64,000 bases of DNA, taken from IMG/VR virus record IMGVR_UViG_3300042885_000900. One strand, 5' to 3'. The translations under genes were made by a program, and so were the position numbers. This DNA is from a virus. Its lineage: Duplodnaviria; Heunggongvirae; Uroviricota; Caudoviricetes. A model generated the notes under the pieces. The model had not been told where the DNA came from and searched no databases. It saw nothing but the letters and a program-made list of their open reading frames with translations. Shown piece after piece: positions 26,633-36,467 of the stretch; position 1 is the stretch's first letter, and every line of letters begins with the position of its first letter.

Positions 26633-27349
26633 TTATTTATGGAATTCTATTATTTTCCATTTACCTTTACGGGTCTCAACAAGTGCGGTACAATTCTCAC
26701 ACCAATCTCCACTATTCATATAATTATCTTTAATCTCCGGTTGATGTATATGTCCGCATACGGCAACATCACAACCTTTTTTATATGTCAATAGTATTGC
26801 ATTATGTTCAAAATCATTTATAAAATTAACGGCTTTTTTAACACCATTCTTTATATCTTTGGAGATAGAGTAATAAGGTAATCCTCTCATCTCACGATAT
26901 TTGTTGTATACCCTGTTCATCCATAAAGCAAAGTCATAACCCATTGAGCCAATCTTTGCTAACCATTTTACTTTGGTGATAAACACATCTAACACATCTC
27001 CGTGAAACACATACATTTTACGACCATCAACAGATGTGAATGTATAATCCTCATCTATTGTGATGTTAGATAATTTGAATGGTATAAAATCTTTAATAAA
27101 ATCATCGTGATTACCTCTGAGCCAAACGACATTTACATCTTTCTCACTCATCTTTATAATCTTTCTCAATACTTTGGTATGACTTTCTTTCCATTTACCA
27201 CCTCTATTAAGAGCCCAACCATCAATGATATCACCATTTAATATTAATGTCTCTGTGGTGTTCTTTTCAAGGAATGAGATAACATCGTTGGCTCTACTTG
27301 ATTTGGAACCCAAGTGTATGTCCGATAGAATTATTGTTTTATATTTCAT
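26633..27349 (-). CDS. Calcineurin-like metallophosphoesterase
   Basis: Metallophosphatase signature: SDIHLG ... GDIIDGW ... GNHD. Confidence 0.7.
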   Translation of the reverse strand: MKYKTIILSDIHLGSKSSRANDVISFLEKNTTETLILNGDIIDGWALNRGGKWKESHTKVLRKIIKMSEKDVNVVWLRGNHDDFIKDFIPFKLSNITIDEDYTFTSVDGRKMYVFHGDVLDVFITKVKWLAKIGSMGYDFALWMNRVYNKYREMRGLPYYSISKDIKNGVKKAVNFINDFEHNAILLTYKKGCDVAVCGHIHQPEIKDNYMNSGDWCENCTALVETRKGKWKIIEFHK

Positions 27350-28059
27350 TATGTCCAGTAATTATGTTCCTTTGTAAAGAACTCATCATTATTTCTATTA
27401 AACCAAGATTTAATCATCATCTTAACCATATAGAATAATCCTTTATTCTTAAATCTTCTTGATGTGGTGTAAACAATTTCGTTATCCACATAAAACTTAT
27501 TTGGCGTTATCTTTGAACTTAAATGGTAATCCTCGGCAAACTTATCATCCGGATTAAATCCTCCTAATGAATTAAACACCTCTCTATTAAATAACATAAA
27601 TCCACCTACAGCAAATGGTGTGGTGAATTTGGTTAAGTATTGGATAACATCAAATGATTTATATACATAATTGTAATGTCCATCATCTGTTCTCATTTTA
27701 GTTGTGGATAAATGATAATCGTTATTTTTCATTACCTTAACCATATGGGATAATAAATTAAGGTCAGTAATGAATATGTCGGCATCCAAAAATAAAACAT
27801 AAGGTGTTTTTATCTTTTTGGTTCCGTTGTTTCTGGCTTCAGCTGGAAATCCACCTTTAACTATTTTTACATTAATGTTATTATGAAATGAATGAAGAAT
27901 ACAATTCTGTGTGAATCCGTTGTCTGTTGAAGAGTCGGCAACCATAACATTCACATTTTTAATATTAGTTTGCAAGTTTATTAACTCCAAAGTTTTCTTT
28001 ATGATTAAACCCTCATTTTTACAGGGTATGACTATCGTTAAATCCTTACTTAAACTCAT
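27349..28059 (-). CDS. Family-2 glycosyltransferase
   Basis: Typical GT-A pattern: IVIPCKNEG near the N-terminus, then DAD. Confidence 0.6.
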   Translation of the reverse strand: MSLSKDLTIVIPCKNEGLIIKKTLELINLQTNIKNVNVMVADSSTDNGFTQNCILHSFHNNINVKIVKGGFPAEARNNGTKKIKTPYVLFLDADIFITDLNLLSHMVKVMKNNDYHLSTTKMRTDDGHYNYVYKSFDVIQYLTKFTTPFAVGGFMLFNREVFNSLGGFNPDDKFAEDYHLSSKITPNKFYVDNEIVYTTSRRFKNKGLFYMVKMMIKSWFNRNNDEFFTKEHNYWT

Positions 28060-29648
28060 ATACTAATATCGTCTAATCTGTAATTAACATTTTCATTTAC
28101 TACATCATAATCAGGTGATGGATACCATCTATCATCAGGACTATAATCAGGTTTTTCAATATAATCTTCTGAAATTAATGTATCAAGGACGCCTTCTAAA
28201 TTATAACCTCCATCTCTACTTAGATTATCTTCAAATATTACATCAATATCTTCATCATCAACATCAACTAAATTACTTAAATCAATTTGGATTTTGGCTC
28301 CATCACTATTAAAGAAAAACACATTACCATAAAACTCTAACGCCGATTTTATTTCATCCTGTAAATGATTAACATAATCGTCAGCGTCAGCATCATTTAT
28401 TGCACCACCAATAGCATTTTTAATTTCATAATCACCATCAACTTCTCCTATCGCGTCTTCTAAAGATAAACTATCGTCTAATTCAATACCATCTCTTTGA
28501 GACATGTCTCTAACAATCGCCCATAACTTTTCTTCTGTTGGTTTATCCATTACATATTCAAAATAACTTGGTAAATCTTCATTATCGTGTTGACCCCATA
28601 AATTCCAAGCATCACCTTCCATTATCTCTTCAAAAATACTAACCCTTTTTACCACACCTGTTGTTCTATTAGTATAACTATTGTAAGTTCCCCCATCAAT
28701 ATACCTGTGAAAATCATCCGGGGTAATATCTAATGTAAATGTTGTTGGGAGTGGTTGGACATCAACAATTCCCATCTTACCTAACAATCGTTGCATGGTT
28801 CTTGATGAGAATAACTCCGGTCTGTTTTTATATAAATCTTTGATTGTTTCTTCTGGTAAATCAGATAGTTTAAAGTCCTGTTCTGATGCGTATTCTGTTC
28901 CAAATCCTTGAATTAAGTAATCCTCTTCTTCTCCTGAACCACCTAACACATAGAATAATGGTAAAATATATTGATGGTATTCATCTTTTGGTTTAGAGTT
29001 CTTAACACCCTTTAATTGATATAAAATACCATCCTCACCGATTGCGGCAGTTAGAACCGATTTATTTAATTTATATTTATTATTAATTGGGATATTTTGT
29101 CTTAATGAATAAAGATACCCATAACTACTTCTTCCACAATGCCCCATCCTGTTGCACTCAGCTTCTGAATTTTTTGTATTCAAATCCGCCCAATAAAACC
29201 CATTTCCGTTCTCATCTGTAAAATCTAATATGGTAGGGTTTGTTTCTTTATAGTTAATATCTCCCTGACCAACTTCTAAACTATCGTGCCATACCTCCGA
29301 TTTTCCCCATAATTCTTTGAATGGTAAATTTTGGTATTCTTTGACATTACCATTTAACCCGACTCTAATCCAATCCATAATAGATTGTATCTTACTACGA
29401 TGTCCGGTAATAAAACGATTACTATTCATTTTATCAACCAATGCTTGACCCTGACTAGCTGGCTTACCCCAACCTAACTCAATATTTTGCTGAAACTCCA
29501 TCACTTTTTTAGCCATCCAAATTGCTAACGGACCACAAACAGAATCTAATATTTCAGCGTTCTCTTCGTTAAACCCAATCTTATCCAATAAGATTTGTTT
29601 CTTGGATGCTTCAGATATAATTTGTTTTATACTTTCTATTAATTTCAT
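28056..29648 (-). CDS. Large hypothetical protein, 530 aa, with an acidic C-terminal region
   Basis: ORF track. Overlaps the start of the GT2 gene. Confidence 0.6.
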   Translation of the reverse strand: MKLIESIKQIISEASKKQILLDKIGFNEENAEILDSVCGPLAIWMAKKVMEFQQNIELGWGKPASQGQALVDKMNSNRFITGHRSKIQSIMDWIRVGLNGNVKEYQNLPFKELWGKSEVWHDSLEVGQGDINYKETNPTILDFTDENGNGFYWADLNTKNSEAECNRMGHCGRSSYGYLYSLRQNIPINNKYKLNKSVLTAAIGEDGILYQLKGVKNSKPKDEYHQYILPLFYVLGGSGEEEDYLIQGFGTEYASEQDFKLSDLPEETIKDLYKNRPELFSSRTMQRLLGKMGIVDVQPLPTTFTLDITPDDFHRYIDGGTYNSYTNRTTGVVKRVSIFEEIMEGDAWNLWGQHDNEDLPSYFEYVMDKPTEEKLWAIVRDMSQRDGIELDDSLSLEDAIGEVDGDYEIKNAIGGAINDADADDYVNHLQDEIKSALEFYGNVFFFNSDGAKIQIDLSNLVDVDDEDIDVIFEDNLSRDGGYNLEGVLDTLISEDYIEKPDYSPDDRWYPSPDYDVVNENVNYRLDDISI

Positions 29649-29709
29649 ATCACTATAAATATATCAAAATTAAATAATAGGTTAATATATTTATTATAAA
29701 ATAACCTTT

Positions 29710-30342
29710 ATGAAAATCCTTACATTATTTTTATTTTTAGTATTTTCGTTATCATCTTATTCTCAAGATTTGGTAACCATCAAACATACCAATTATACCA
29801 CAACATTTAGTAAATCATTAAAATATCCAATCGTTGTTGAGTGGTGGGAGACAAAAGATAATGTTGCTTGTCCAACACCGTTAAAAAGAAAAGACCAATT
29901 TCAACCTGACCCCCAATTATTAGACGATACTAACTTAATATCAGATTATGTTGGTTCAGGGTTTGATAGAGGACATATGAGCCCTGCTGCATCCAATTTA
30001 TGTAGTGGTGATAAAGTTCTAACAGAATGTTTTTACTTCTCTAATATGTCTCCCCAGACACACGCATTAAACGCTGGTTCGTGGAAATTGTTGGAGGTGG
30101 AGACAAGAGCAATTGCAACAGAAAAAGATAGTATGCATGTGTGGTGTGGGAACATCGGAGAATTAAAGAAAATTGGTAGAGTTTCTGTCCCAACCAAATG
30201 TTGGAAGGTAATCTATATCAAAAAGACAAAAACATTTAAAGCGTATCTTTTCATTAACAATACATCTAAATCGGATGGTATAATAGACAACGAAGTAAGT
30301 GTTCTCTTCATCTCAAAACTAACCGGATTAACATTTAAATAA
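29710..30342 (+). CDS. Secreted DNA/RNA non-specific endonuclease (Serratia-nuclease family) with an N-terminal signal peptide
   Basis: Signal peptide MKILTLFLFLVFSLSSYSQ. Active-site motif GFDRGHMSPAA. Terminator at 30347-30362. Confidence 0.7.
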   Translation: MKILTLFLFLVFSLSSYSQDLVTIKHTNYTTTFSKSLKYPIVVEWWETKDNVACPTPLKRKDQFQPDPQLLDDTNLISDYVGSGFDRGHMSPAASNLCSGDKVLTECFYFSNMSPQTHALNAGSWKLLEVETRAIATEKDSMHVWCGNIGELKKIGRVSVPTKCWKVIYIKKTKTFKAYLFINNTSKSDGIIDNEVSVLFISKLTGLTFK

Positions 30343-30369
30343 AAAACCCCCTGAAATGGGGGTTTTGTT

Positions 30370-30657
30370 TTATAGATTAAAAGAGAAGTGATTAGTCCCA
30401 TCAAAATCAAAAGTCGCTATTACATCATCACGACCCCAAACAAGCCGAATATATAAACTAATATCGGGATATAAATTACCGGAGTTCCCTGGAAATGTAA
30501 TGATGAGTTTTGTTTTATAACCTCTCATCACACCAACATAACCTATCGTAGGAATATCATAATCACACTCAATTAATGTGTTAATAGACACGGAATTAAC
30601 ATACTTCGGATGGTATCGTTTCAATATCTTTCTAAAACTTTCAACTCCTGATACCAT
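30370..30657 (-). CDS. Hypothetical protein
   Basis: ORF track. Confidence 0.45.
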   Translation of the reverse strand: MVSGVESFRKILKRYHPKYVNSVSINTLIECDYDIPTIGYVGVMRGYKTKLIITFPGNSGNLYPDISLYIRLVWGRDDVIATFDFDGTNHFSFNL

Positions 30658-31196
30658 TACCCTTTATACCAATCTATCTTTGGACAATACTTGTTATATT
30701 TAGCCTTCACAAATTCCACCACCAAATAAGTTTTTTGTTCCTTTGGTTCACCCCATATTCTCCAACCATTCTCATCGTATTCTATCTTACAGTTCCATTC
30801 TTTAAGTTCTTTAACACCTTCAATAACACCAATAACAATCGCAGCCGCCCATATCATAACACCAAGTGTCACCATAAACATATAAAAAGAGTCTTTTTCA
30901 GGTTTAATAAAAAACCATCCGATAACCGATAACATAGATGAAACACAAAATAACAAAAAATAAATCAAGACACTAAAACCAATGCGTTTTCCGGTACTGT
31001 TATCGTTATAATTATAATCTTTACCCATTATTAATTCCACTATGATTACCGGAGCACATACCAACGAATAAGGGATTAACACTAACCAAGCTAAAACTAA
31101 TTTCCAAAAATATGGACATAAGTTGTTTGGTAAAATATTTGTTCCGTAGAACCATCTGTACAGTTTTGAACTGATTGAATTTTGATTTAATTTCAC
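30657..31196 (-). CDS. Integral membrane protein (about 4 TM helices)
   Basis: Several hydrophobic stretches. Confidence 0.55.
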   Translation of the reverse strand: MKLNQNSISSKLYRWFYGTNILPNNLCPYFWKLVLAWLVLIPYSLVCAPVIIVELIMGKDYNYNDNSTGKRIGFSVLIYFLLFCVSSMLSVIGWFFIKPEKDSFYMFMVTLGVMIWAAAIVIGVIEGVKELKEWNCKIEYDENGWRIWGEPKEQKTYLVVEFVKAKYNKYCPKIDWYKG

Positions 31197-31546
31197 AATC
31201 CTAATTTTTGTCTTTTTGTTTTACTTTTCTTTGGTTCTCTCAACTTAACATATAGTTTTTTAATCTCACCATACGACTTATACCATCTTGGTATTGCTCC
31301 CACACCCTGAATATAACAACCAATTAAACAAGACCGTACGGAATTTGAAATATAAGGGTTATCAGTAGAACCGAGTAATATTTGTGGTTTTGACCCATCC
31401 ATCATATACGGATTAGATTCTCTAACTTTCTCAAGGAACTCTAAAACATCTTTATCTTTAGGTGGAAATCCCACAACCGAAATAACTCCAATTTCATTCA
31501 CAATTAAACCAAGACATAATAACGATAAAATAATTTCTACAAACAT
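31193..31546 (-). CDS. Small protein with an N-terminal hydrophobic or signal segment
   Basis: N-terminus MFVEIILSLLCLGLIV. Confidence 0.5.
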   Translation of the reverse strand: MFVEIILSLLCLGLIVNEIGVISVVGFPPKDKDVLEFLEKVRESNPYMMDGSKPQILLGSTDNPYISNSVRSCLIGCYIQGVGAIPRWYKSYGEIKKLYVKLREPKKSKTKRQKLGL

Positions 31547-31552
31547 AACTTT

Positions 31553-32410
31553 CTAATTTCTATTTAACAATATTCCTTGAGTCGAACCGAAAACATTATT
31601 AGAACCATAAGGTGATTTACCTTTATTCGCCCATACTCGTTCAGTTTCCGCTCTATACAACTCCAACATTTTAGGTTGAGATAGTATCTCTTTTGTTTTA
31701 GCATCATAGATAGCCGCCTCATAGTTACCTTTAGCAGTTGCGACTTTCTTCAGAGCCGTTTGTTCTGCTTGTTTTGTTTGGGAGATAATAGTTGCTGTCT
31801 CTTGGAGAACGGCAATCTTTCTTTCAATAGCCTTTTTATATGATGGTGGTAACGCCATTTTAAGGATTGCAATGTTATTTAATATAAACCCTTCTTTCTC
31901 TAAAGATGTAGTTAATGTTTTGGTCACATTTGCCTCATATATATTTCTATGTTGTAATAAACTATCTGACGCAAAATTAACAGCGTTATCCAATAATTCT
32001 TTTCTAACAATAGTTCTCACACGAGTATTAATTAAATCTTCCATATCTACTCTGTATTTAATGAACAACTCAGAAGCTCTAGCTCTCTGTAATTGTAAAT
32101 TAATGGAAACATCTAAACCAAATGTCGCCCCGTCAGATGATGTCACATCAATATGTTCATCTGCTGGTGAATCTTCACTTATGTCTGCCGTCCATACTTT
32201 GTGTTGGACCGATGTTGGATACATAAACACATCCTGTGTTGGGGGAAAATAAAAGATAAACCCGGACGCCATCTCAATGTTGGGAACCCCTTTATTTGTC
32301 CCAATTTGGTCAACAACCAACGCAACTTCTGCCGAATCGGCAATTTTACAAGAACTAACTCCCGCAATCAACAATAACACTAAACTTACCGCTACTAAAA
32401 TTCTTTTCAT
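31553..32410 (-). CDS. Lipoprotein with an SPFH/band-7-like domain
   Basis: Signal peptide and lipobox-like cysteine in MKRILVAVSLVLLLIAGVSSC. The body looks prohibitin/HflC-like. Confidence 0.5.
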   Translation of the reverse strand: MKRILVAVSLVLLLIAGVSSCKIADSAEVALVVDQIGTNKGVPNIEMASGFIFYFPPTQDVFMYPTSVQHKVWTADISEDSPADEHIDVTSSDGATFGLDVSINLQLQRARASELFIKYRVDMEDLINTRVRTIVRKELLDNAVNFASDSLLQHRNIYEANVTKTLTTSLEKEGFILNNIAILKMALPPSYKKAIERKIAVLQETATIISQTKQAEQTALKKVATAKGNYEAAIYDAKTKEILSQPKMLELYRAETERVWANKGKSPYGSNNVFGSTQGILLNRN

Positions 32411-32476
32411 TTTTATTTTTTTTAAATTAATTTGAGTACAAAGATACTACATTTTTTTTAATACACAACTTTTTTA

Positions 32477-32716
32477 TTATTTTTTTTCTTTATCAAAGAA
32501 AACACCCCACATATTCTTCAGAAACATTACAATATTATCCAAATAATAAATTATAGGACCAACAGTAATTAACGCTAACATTAAAACTCCACCAAAAAAA
32601 TAATGGGTGTTAGGTAATGTCATAAGGTTGAATGATAAGTTAACCAATTCTACCCAAATAAAGAGTCCAATTAGAACTCCGATAAATTTTAATACATTTT
32701 TCATCTTACTTTTCAA
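32477..32716 (-). CDS. Small two-TM membrane protein, holin-like in topology
   Basis: Two hydrophobic helices within 79 aa. Confidence 0.4.
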   Translation of the reverse strand: MKSKMKNVLKFIGVLIGLFIWVELVNLSFNLMTLPNTHYFFGGVLMLALITVGPIIYYLDNIVMFLKNMWGVFFDKEKK

Positions 32717-32915
32717 TTAACATATTTGTATTCGCAACCGGAACTCTTAATACCGGAACCACCGAACTTGCCGATTTTTGCATTATTTCGTAATACCCAT
32801 TCTCAATTCTTACCGTTGGCACATCCTTAAAAGAATATAGGTTAAATCCGTCAGCCCCGGATAAAAGGTTTACTGTTTTTTCTGTCGTATTAAATACGAG
32901 TGTTTGTACATTCAT
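32706..32915 (-). CDS. Hypothetical small protein
   Basis: ORF track. Promoter box near 32929. Confidence 0.4.
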   Translation of the reverse strand: MNVQTLVFNTTEKTVNLLSGADGFNLYSFKDVPTVRIENGYYEIMQKSASSVVPVLRVPVANTNMLIEK

Positions 32916-33009
32916 AGTTATTTTTTTTTACAAAGATAATCATTTTTTTTAAATAAAAATAGTGTTTTACATTTTTTTTTATTATACCATATTTATTGTA
33001 AAGAATTTT

Positions 33010-33837
33010 ATGGAAAAAGATAGATTGTTAAAACTTGTGAGTAAAAGCTCTAAATCATTCAAAGATTTAACTCCAACACAAATTTACAATAAAATACAAT
33101 CCGACTCAATATTTGAACCTTTTTTGTCTATATTACAACCTAACGATATTGTATTATATTGTTTTTTAGTTAATCAAAACCAATTAAAAAAAGATATTGA
33201 TGAGATGTATGACCGAATAACTAGTGGTCTATACGCTGTTCAAATTGCTGAAATAGACGAACAAAACCCTGAAGTGGATTGTTCATATTGTGATGCTGGC
33301 ATTGTTAATTGTAGTAATTGTGATTCATCAGGTGTTATCCCTTGTGGTCAATGTAATGAAACCGGTGAAGTCCCTTGCCATTATTGTGAAGGTAGTGGCA
33401 TGAGTGATAATGAAACCGAATGTCGAGAATGTGAAGGTGATGGTAATGAAACTTGTAATGATTGCAATGGAAATGGTGAAGTTGATTGTCACTGGTGTGA
33501 TGATGGTTATAACCTTTGTGATGAATGTGGTGGAAGTGGTGAAATACCCGACTATGATTTAACATCAGTTGTCTATTCAGAGTTTGTATCTTGGAGCGAA
33601 GGTTGGAGAAATAATTTTGACACCTATGTTTCAGATGAAATCATTGATACTGATGATTACCATAATTTTATTGATAATAATCAAACTTTATTACTTCACT
33701 ATGTTACACTCAAGAGCGAACATTATAAAGATTTTGAAGTTGGGGATTTAGTTTTTGATGAATTGGTATTTCAACCAACAATCAGTAGAGCAGGAACAAT
33801 AGGAAATAAATTAGTAGTTAAAAACTTTAGACATTAA
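33010..33837 (+). CDS. Cys-rich protein with at least 6 DnaJ-type CxxCxGxG zinc-finger repeats. Start taken at the internal Met.
   Basis: CSYCDAGIVNCSNCDSSGVIPCGQCNETGEVPCHYCEGSG...CRECEGDGNETCNDCNGNGEVDCHWCDDG. Confidence 0.6.
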   Translation: MEKDRLLKLVSKSSKSFKDLTPTQIYNKIQSDSIFEPFLSILQPNDIVLYCFLVNQNQLKKDIDEMYDRITSGLYAVQIAEIDEQNPEVDCSYCDAGIVNCSNCDSSGVIPCGQCNETGEVPCHYCEGSGMSDNETECRECEGDGNETCNDCNGNGEVDCHWCDDGYNLCDECGGSGEIPDYDLTSVVYSEFVSWSEGWRNNFDTYVSDEIIDTDDYHNFIDNNQTLLLHYVTLKSEHYKDFEVGDLVFDELVFQPTISRAGTIGNKLVVKNFRH

Positions 33838-33838
33838 A

Positions 33839-34486
33839 ATGGAAAAAATTATCGCAATGTATTACAAATCCCTTAAAAAACCAACAAATATAAATGGTCT
33901 TTTACTTTATCCATTTATGGAAGATGGAAAAATAAGATGGGAATACGATAACCAAAACAATGTATCATTTAATATTGATACAATAGAAGGATATTTAGAA
34001 CAATTAATTTATGATTTTTTTAAGTTAGTTGGTATTGAACCTGATTTTAGAGAACTAACCCCTAAATATTGTAAAATAGATTCTCCTAAAACTTTATATA
34101 TTAATAATGAATTAAAATCAAAACTTGAAAAGTCATTATCTAAAATAAAAACAATGCATCTTTTTGATGGTGAAAAGAATTTTAAATGCAATTCACAAAT
34201 GATTAATTGGGAATTAAAAAGACAGGACAACGAATCATTATCTCTTTATGTTAGTTTTAAAATTTACAACGCATCTATAGATAAAGAACCTGTTGACGAT
34301 ATTAAAGCGAGTAAGTGGTTACAAGAATTTACTTATTCTGATTGGGCAATGGAAAGTGAAGAAGATGTGATACACGAAGCGACAAGTATCATATACTATG
34401 AAAAAAATATATATGATAAAGATTATATGTCTATCAATACGGTACTAGATTATTATGATACTGAAGGTAATCCAATGCTTCGTTAA
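33839..34486 (+). CDS. Hypothetical protein
   Basis: ORF track. Confidence 0.55.
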   Translation: MEKIIAMYYKSLKKPTNINGLLLYPFMEDGKIRWEYDNQNNVSFNIDTIEGYLEQLIYDFFKLVGIEPDFRELTPKYCKIDSPKTLYINNELKSKLEKSLSKIKTMHLFDGEKNFKCNSQMINWELKRQDNESLSLYVSFKIYNASIDKEPVDDIKASKWLQEFTYSDWAMESEEDVIHEATSIIYYEKNIYDKDYMSINTVLDYYDTEGNPMLR

Positions 34487-34848
34487 GTGAAATCAATATC
34501 AACACAAACCATTGGTAACCATTTTTCTATTTCATCAAGAATACTATCCTTAACATCATCTTCAACCCAACTTGGTAAATCTGTAATGTATTTCATATAT
34601 TCCCAATCACCTTCAAACCCAACCTTAATTTCAATTGGTTCAAGATATATTGTCCCACTATATATACAATTATTGTATTTTTTAGTTTCCCAAATATTAA
34701 CACGGTCAATCCTATAAATCACAGACCAATTGGCATAATCATTATTAGTGGAATACGGCATCATATATTTTCCCTCCATAGTCATAACTTTATTAAATAA
34801 TTTAGTTATTAACTTTTTAATTTTTTCTATTTTTTCTTCAGGATTCAT
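34483..34848 (-). CDS. Hypothetical protein
   Basis: ORF track. Confidence 0.5.
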   Translation of the reverse strand: MNPEEKIEKIKKLITKLFNKVMTMEGKYMMPYSTNNDYANWSVIYRIDRVNIWETKKYNNCIYSGTIYLEPIEIKVGFEGDWEYMKYITDLPSWVEDDVKDSILDEIEKWLPMVCVDIDFT

Positions 34849-35882
34849 TATATGTAGTCAGGGAATAATTCATTTATGTTTTGAATAGTACGTCTATAAT
34901 CCGGATAATCAGGGATTCTAAAATCAAGACGATTTTCCTCTCCATCATCCATAAGTTCATTCATCATAGTTAACCAAGACCCTATATAATCAATATTATA
35001 CTCATAACTTCCCCACAAATTTCTATCCCCAACATATTTTTTAATTGAGTTCTTAACTTCATTGGGATTAAATTTGATATAATAATATTCTATAAGTTGG
35101 TCAGGATAATTTCTTTTAGGTTCTGATAACCATTGTGTTGATTTAGTATCAAAAAAAGTCTCTAACTCATTCATAACCATATCGTAAATTTCAGATTCTA
35201 ACGCGTTATTATAAGCATTGTTATGAATATTATATAATTCACTTTCTAAATCTTCTAAATAACCTTCATTCATCAAATAGTTCATTGATTCCTCATCACC
35301 TATAACATCACCAACATTATCAGATTCTAAATAAAAAACACCCTCATCATCTACAAAATTTTGAAATAAGTCAGGACTATCATCATCAACCTCAATCTTC
35401 CAATTGGTTAATTTATCTAAAATATATGTTTTTAATAAATTAAGATTATTTGGATTTAATTCACTAATAACATCACGATAAACATCATCCGTTGTATTAT
35501 CATATGGATGCCAACTATCTTCACCCAATACCGATATAGCCACTTGAGCCGCAGTTAAATCTCTACCTCTATCATCAAATAAAATTGATAAATCTTCTCG
35601 GTCACCCATTTTTAAATAATAACCATCTTCTTTTTGAACAATATTTGACAATTGTTTTATACATTTTTGAAGAACCTCCTCACTACCTAATGTGTTAATC
35701 ATATAGTCAAGTAATTCTAATTGCTCATCCTCTAATTCACCAATAAATGGGTCAATTAAATGAATTAAGTTTTTAGATTTGAAGAATCTTAATACACTGT
35801 TAATATCCCCAAATATATCAACAAGATGATTAAGTTCTCCTCTATTAAATTCCTCAACATATTTTAATAATTTATTATCCAT
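34848..35882 (-). CDS. Hypothetical acidic protein, 344 aa
   Basis: ORF track. Confidence 0.6.
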   Translation of the reverse strand: MDNKLLKYVEEFNRGELNHLVDIFGDINSVLRFFKSKNLIHLIDPFIGELEDEQLELLDYMINTLGSEEVLQKCIKQLSNIVQKEDGYYLKMGDREDLSILFDDRGRDLTAAQVAISVLGEDSWHPYDNTTDDVYRDVISELNPNNLNLLKTYILDKLTNWKIEVDDDSPDLFQNFVDDEGVFYLESDNVGDVIGDEESMNYLMNEGYLEDLESELYNIHNNAYNNALESEIYDMVMNELETFFDTKSTQWLSEPKRNYPDQLIEYYYIKFNPNEVKNSIKKYVGDRNLWGSYEYNIDYIGSWLTMMNELMDDGEENRLDFRIPDYPDYRRTIQNINELFPDYI

Positions 35883-36411
35883 AATTGAATTCAGTTTTAC
35901 TCGTATATTCCGGTGTTCCGTAGATGACTTTTATTCCAGTGTTTGTTGTTATATTATCTTTAAAATAATCATTTATACCCCAATCTACCTCATCTCTTAT
36001 TTCCCACCCAAAAATATCATCATTTAATGCGTCTTCTAATGTCCTGTGTCCATTACCTAAATCAACACTACCCGCCATATCATCCACCTTTATTCTAACA
36101 ACAACAAATGGTTCGTCATCATCTAAATCCCAATTATCAATATCCACAACCTCAAAAAAGAAATCATAATTACCATAATCATCTATATGATGGGGATTTT
36201 GAAGTAATAAAGATTTTGCTAACTCTTTTGCTTGGTCATTACCTCTAAACTCAACTAAATATTTATATGCTTGGTCATAAGTAACCATTGGATTACCGCT
36301 ATCTAATCCGAACAAACTAATGAAAGTTTTGTCTACTTTCCATTTTCCGGTCTTACCCCAATATTTAAAAAAGATGTTTTTTAATTTGGATTCTGTCAGT
36401 ATAAATTTCAT
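35875..36411 (-). CDS. MKIIITE-family paralog (MKFILTESK), extended to 178 aa
   Basis: Conserved N-terminal motif. Confidence 0.6.
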   Translation of the reverse strand: MKFILTESKLKNIFFKYWGKTGKWKVDKTFISLFGLDSGNPMVTYDQAYKYLVEFRGNDQAKELAKSLLLQNPHHIDDYGNYDFFFEVVDIDNWDLDDDEPFVVVRIKVDDMAGSVDLGNGHRTLEDALNDDIFGWEIRDEVDWGINDYFKDNITTNTGIKVIYGTPEYTSKTEFNYG

Positions 36412-36467
36412 TGATTAATCGGTTCTTTATATTATAATTATAATGATAAATACTTAAAACTACAGAA

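Noticed and set aside
33335-33565. His-rich antisense ORFs (33335-33565 and 50116-50514)
   Set aside because: They lie opposite Cys-rich or acidic codon runs of real genes on the other strand, so this is a composition artefact.
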